Assembly: GCA_965209055.1 (NCBI GenBank)
Contig: OZ242374.1
Coordinates: 4,608,001-4,672,000, forward strand
Source: Acidobacteriota bacterium
GTDB taxonomy: Bacteria; Acidobacteriota; UBA6911; RPQK01; JAJDTT01
Reading direction: 5' to 3'
Length of the DNA stretch: 64,000 nt
Numbering within the stretch: position 1 is the first letter of the stretch; each line of letters opens with the position of its first letter. A program made the position numbers and the translations under genes. Positions 59,678 through 64,000 of the stretch are shown piece after piece. The notes beneath the pieces are model-generated. The model saw only the letters and a list, made by a program, of their open reading frames with translations. It was not told where the DNA came from and searched no databases.

Positions 59678-61345
59678 ATGAGCGATCGTTTGGAAGTCAT
59701 CCCCCTGGGAGGGCTGGGCGAATTCGGGATGAACTGTGCCGCCCTCCGGGCCGGAGACGACCTGATACTGGTCGATGCCGGAATGATGATTCCAGGCCGT
59801 CGCCCGGTGACCAGCCTGGGCGTGGATCTGATGGTCCCCGACATCAGCTTCCTCCTGGAAAACCGGAGCCAGTTGCGGGGCATCGTGTTGACCCACGGCC
59901 ACGAGGACCACGCCGGGGGAGTCTCCTACATCATCGATCAGCTTCAGGTCCCGGTCTACGCCAACCGGCTGACCTTGGGCATGGTTTCGTCCCGGCTAAG
60001 GGAGCGAGGACTGGACAAAGAGGCGGACCTTCGATCGCTGGAAGCCGATCGTCCCGTGGACCTGGGGGTCTTCCGGGTGGAACCCCTCCGGGTCACCCAT
60101 TCCTTTCCCGAAAGCTTTTGTTTTGCGATTCGGACTCCCGCGGGCCGGATTGTCTGGACCGGAGACTTCAAGTTCGACCAGACCCCCATCGACGGCCACA
60201 GGAGCAACTTGGCGCGACTCGCCGAATTGGGGCAAGAGGGTGTTCTGGCGCTCTTTTCGGACAGCACCAACGCGGACGTCCCGGGTCTTTCTCCTTCCGA
60301 GTCTTCCGTTTACGAGCCCCTGGAAAACCTGTTTCGCCAGGCCGACGGCAAGATCATCCTGGCCACCTTCGCCAGCAGCATGCACCGGATCCAAATCGTC
60401 CTGGACCTGGCCCGCGAGGTGGGGCGCAAGGTGGTTCCCTTGGGGAGGAGCATGGTCTCCAACATCCGCCTGGCGTCCCGGCTGGGATATCTGAGGACCG
60501 ATTCCGAAGTCTTGGGGTCGCGGGACGATCTGGCGCGGATTCCGTCGGAACGCCTCGTCGTCCTGGCCAGCGGCACCCAGGGAGAGCCCATGTCGGCCAT
60601 GAGCCGGTTGGCCGTGGACCAGGTTTCCCAGGTTCGAATCGAGCCCGGCGATCTCGTCCTCCTTTCGTCCCGCATCATCCCCGGAAACGAGAAGGCCATC
60701 GGCCGGATGATCAGCAACTTCTACCGCAGAGGAGCCCGCGTGCTGGACTCCCGCCATGAGCCGATCCACGCTTCCGGACACGGTTACCGGGAAGACCTCA
60801 AGCTCATGATCGACCTGACGCGGCCCCGGTTCTTCATTCCCATCCATGGCGAATTCCGCCAGTTGGCGGCCCACGCCAGCCTGGCCCGGCGCCAGGGGAT
60901 CCCCCCGGACCGGGTCCATCTCCTGGAATCCGGAGAGGTCCTGGGCCTGGGTCCCGACAAGGCCGAGATCCTGGGCCGGGTGAGGGCAGGACGCCGCTTT
61001 ATCGATGAGGGCATCCGGCGGCAGGTGGATCGGGACCTCCTCAGAGACCGTCGTTTTCTGGCCACCGACGGGGTACTTGTGGTGGGACTTCGGCTGGACC
61101 GGGTGAGCTGGGAACTCATCGGGGAGCCGGAGTTGATATCCCGTGGATTCGTTCAACCGGAGGATTCCGAGGACCTGATGCGGGAAACCCGGGCCCGGAT
61201 CCGCCGTCTCGTGTCCGAAACCGGCGCCAACGGGAAACGGGACGAAGGCCTGCTGGAAGAGATGCTGCAGACCGGGTTGAAGCGTTTCCTGCGCAAACGC
61301 ACGAGGAAGAGGCCCTTGATCGTCCCGATGATGCTGGCCCTGTAG
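59678..61345 (+). CDS. rnj: Ribonuclease J
   Basis: PLGGLGEFGMN, THGHEDH, TGDFKFD, HASGH and IPIHGE motifs. Confidence 0.95.
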   Translation: MSDRLEVIPLGGLGEFGMNCAALRAGDDLILVDAGMMIPGRRPVTSLGVDLMVPDISFLLENRSQLRGIVLTHGHEDHAGGVSYIIDQLQVPVYANRLTLGMVSSRLRERGLDKEADLRSLEADRPVDLGVFRVEPLRVTHSFPESFCFAIRTPAGRIVWTGDFKFDQTPIDGHRSNLARLAELGQEGVLALFSDSTNADVPGLSPSESSVYEPLENLFRQADGKIILATFASSMHRIQIVLDLAREVGRKVVPLGRSMVSNIRLASRLGYLRTDSEVLGSRDDLARIPSERLVVLASGTQGEPMSAMSRLAVDQVSQVRIEPGDLVLLSSRIIPGNEKAIGRMISNFYRRGARVLDSRHEPIHASGHGYREDLKLMIDLTRPRFFIPIHGEFRQLAAHASLARRQGIPPDRVHLLESGEVLGLGPDKAEILGRVRAGRRFIDEGIRRQVDRDLLRDRRFLATDGVLVVGLRLDRVSWELIGEPELISRGFVQPEDSEDLMRETRARIRRLVSETGANGKRDEGLLEEMLQTGLKRFLRKRTRKRPLIVPMMLAL

Positions 61346-61377
61346 CCAGGACGCATCGATCGTCGGAAGGAGTCGAC

Positions 61378-63714
61378 ATGAGCATCCAGGCCTACCAGCG
61401 CATTTCGGAATTGTTGGGACTCTCCCTCCTGTTCGGCTCCGCCCTGCTGACCCTGTCCCTCGTGAGCTACGATCCCACCGACGCCTCATACAGCGTCGCC
61501 TCGTCCAGCCGGATCTACTCCAATCTGGCGGGCAAGATCGGCGCCTTGAGCTCGGACGTTCTGTACCAACTGCTCGGTTGGTCGGCCCTTTGCGTGCCCA
61601 TTCCATTTTTGCTCCTGGGATACCGGTGGCTTCGGAGACGGCGTCTGGAAGACCCCTTCCTGAAGCTGTTTTGCGCCGTATCCGGCCTGATCGCCTTGAG
61701 CGCGGCCTTCTCCATCGTTCCCCTGCCCATCCGTCCGGATGTGAATTTTGCCCCCGGCGGGATCCTGGGAGTGATGCTGGCGCATTACCTCACCTCCGTG
61801 CTGAACGCTCCCGGAGCCCTGCTCGTCCTGGCCACAGCCCTGATTCTAACTCTGGTTGCCGGCACCACTTTTTCCGTGAACCGGTTCCTGGGCTGGATCG
61901 GCAACCGCAACTGGAACCTTTTGCGGAACGCCTGGGCGCACTATTCCGATTGGACTCATAGCCGGCGCCAAAAAAAGGAAGCGGCGACCTGGAGCGAAAA
62001 GACGGAATCTCAAGTGGCGCAACCGATGCCGCGGAGGATGACCTGGGACGGGGTCAAGCCCGAAGATGCGCCTCCTCCCGAGAACATTCCGGAAACTATT
62101 GCGCGATCCGTTTCACAGACCGTCCCAACGACCATCCCGCAGGCCATTCCGGCCGCTTTGCCCGAGGTCGAACCGGCGTCCGGACCGGAGGCCGAAGCCT
62201 TCGCGGTGCCGGTGGCGGCGGCTCCGGCGGAATCGACTCCGGTCGACCGGCCCAAGCAGGACGCGGCTTCCACCTACACGCTCCCTCCTCTGGATTACCT
62301 GGAGGAGAACCTGATCAGGCCGGAGATCGACGAGGCCGACCTCATACAAAGAGCCCATATCCTGGCGACCAAGTGCGCCGAGTTCGGGGTCTTGGGCCAA
62401 GTGTTGCAAATTCATCCCGGGCCGGTGGTCACGACCTTCGAATTCAAGCCGGATCCGGGCATCAAGTACAGCCGCGTCACCAATCTTTCGGACGATCTCT
62501 GTCTGGCTCTGAAGGCCGAGTCGGTCCGCATCGAACGGATCTCCGGCAAGAACACCGTCGGCATCGAAGTCCCGAACTCGGATCGCCAGATCATCCATTT
62601 GAGAGAGATCCTCTCGTCCGGCAGCTTCCACCAGATGCAATCCCCTCTGGCTCTGGGACTCGGGAAAACCATCCATGGCGCCAACTACGTGGCGGACCTT
62701 TCGCGAATGCCGCATCTTCTCATTGCCGGGGCCACCGGATCGGGGAAGAGCGTGGCCCTGAACTGCATCGTCTGCTCCATCCTCTACAAGGCCGGCCCGG
62801 ACGAAGTCCGATTCATCATGATCGATCCGAAACGGCTCGAGCTGGGCCTGTACGCCGACATTCCACACTTGATGGCGCCGATCGTCACGGACCCGAAGCA
62901 GGCGGCCAACGCCTTGAACTGGGCCGTGGGAGAGATGGAGAAACGGTACCGGACGCTGGCGCACGCCGGGGTTCGCGACATTGGGGAATACAACAAGTTG
63001 GTGACCGAAGATCCGGGCCAGTCGAAAGAGGGTCCCCTTCCCTACGTCGTCGTCATCGTCGACGAGTTGGCCGACCTCATGCTCACCACGGGCAAAGAGG
63101 TGGAAACCGCCGTCACTCGACTCGCCCAAATGGCCAGGGCCATCGGGATCCACTTGATTCTCGCCACGCAGCGCCCGTCGGTGGACGTCATCACCGGCCT
63201 GATCAAAGCCAATTTCCCCAGCCGGATCTCCTTCCGGGTCTCCTCCAAGATCGACTCCCGGACCATACTGGACGGCAACGGCGCGGAGCAGTTGCTGGGC
63301 ATGGGAGACATGCTGGTGCTGTCTCCCGGAACCTCACGGTTGGTTCGCTCCCACGGGGCCTGGGTGAGCGTGAAGGAAATCAATCGCCTGACCTCCTACA
63401 TCAAGGACCAGGGCAATCCCGAATACCGCGAGGAAATCCTCGCCGGCGACGAGGATGAGAACGAACCCGGAGCGGTCGGCGGCGTCTCGCCCGCGGAAGA
63501 CAGCCTGTTCGATGAGGCCGCCCGGTTGGTGGTGGCGACCGGCAAGGCATCCACTTCCCTCCTGCAGCGGAGGCTCAGAATCGGATACGGACGCGCCGCC
63601 AGGCTCTTGGACATCATGGAGCACGAGGGCATCATCAGTCCCCCCGACGGAAGCAAGGCCCGCGACATTCTGGTGGCGCCCGACTACTTCGAAGAAGTGG
63701 ACAGCCGGGATTGA
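61378..63714 (+). CDS. ftsK: DNA translocase FtsK
   Basis: N-terminal TM domain; GATGSGKS, DELADLM and ATQRPS motifs; gamma domain LQRRLRIGYGRAA. Confidence 0.96.
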   Translation: MSIQAYQRISELLGLSLLFGSALLTLSLVSYDPTDASYSVASSSRIYSNLAGKIGALSSDVLYQLLGWSALCVPIPFLLLGYRWLRRRRLEDPFLKLFCAVSGLIALSAAFSIVPLPIRPDVNFAPGGILGVMLAHYLTSVLNAPGALLVLATALILTLVAGTTFSVNRFLGWIGNRNWNLLRNAWAHYSDWTHSRRQKKEAATWSEKTESQVAQPMPRRMTWDGVKPEDAPPPENIPETIARSVSQTVPTTIPQAIPAALPEVEPASGPEAEAFAVPVAAAPAESTPVDRPKQDAASTYTLPPLDYLEENLIRPEIDEADLIQRAHILATKCAEFGVLGQVLQIHPGPVVTTFEFKPDPGIKYSRVTNLSDDLCLALKAESVRIERISGKNTVGIEVPNSDRQIIHLREILSSGSFHQMQSPLALGLGKTIHGANYVADLSRMPHLLIAGATGSGKSVALNCIVCSILYKAGPDEVRFIMIDPKRLELGLYADIPHLMAPIVTDPKQAANALNWAVGEMEKRYRTLAHAGVRDIGEYNKLVTEDPGQSKEGPLPYVVVIVDELADLMLTTGKEVETAVTRLAQMARAIGIHLILATQRPSVDVITGLIKANFPSRISFRVSSKIDSRTILDGNGAEQLLGMGDMLVLSPGTSRLVRSHGAWVSVKEINRLTSYIKDQGNPEYREEILAGDEDENEPGAVGGVSPAEDSLFDEAARLVVATGKASTSLLQRRLRIGYGRAARLLDIMEHEGIISPPDGSKARDILVAPDYFEEVDSRD

Positions 63715-63772
63715 CAGTCCGTGGTCAACAGCCCGGCTTTTGGCCCGGCACCCTCCCTTTAAAGAAATAGGA

Positions 63773-63848
63773 GGAAGGGCGATTTCCAATCGCCCATTCT
63801 TCGTTACCGGTCACTCTGGAGTTCGGCGGGCAGGATACCGCCGTTCCT
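63773..63848. repeat. REP-like palindrome doublet downstream of ftsK
   Basis: GGAAGGGCGATTTCCAATCGCCC and an inverted unit CGGCGGGCAGGATACCGCCGTTCCT. Confidence 0.6.
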
Positions 63849-64000
63849 CTCCCCCTCCCTCTCCGGGGTCACTTTTACTTTTTAAACGTATGCCATAGAA
63901 TGGTTTCAGTACATGGGTAGATTTCTCCCAGCCGCACTCATACTGTTGCTGGGGAGTCCCTGGGCAAACGCCAACGAGCGGGACCTGCCTCCCCGGTTCC

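Overview
High-GC bacterial chromosomal window. The gene content (CRTAC1/ASPIC, TPR proteins, Oar-type TonB receptor, PSD1/DUF1501 pair, CehA/McbA hydrolase) is typical of Acidobacteriota; this taxonomy is inferred. It ends in a housekeeping block: purA, trxA, rsmA, rnj, ftsK. The most striking content is two related integrative elements, E1 (36892-44892) and E2 (53742-56895), whose tyrosine integrases are about 90% identical. Both are inserted into the loop of a member of a dispersed REP-like palindrome family. Each carries, just downstream of int, a canonically spaced tRNA 5'-half whose 7-nt 'anticodon loop' is the duplicated crossover core, and that core differs between the two copies (TTTCCTA vs CTGTTAG). 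They also share arm-type repeats, IHF-like sites, a 15-bp motif complementary to the int leader, and a ~310-bp structured non-coding module. E1 carries defence-like cargo (HNH, fused REase-MTase, NucS-like nuclease). E2 carries a ~1.1-kb segment bounded by 84-bp inverted repeats. All calls are from manual motif reading; no database searches were run.
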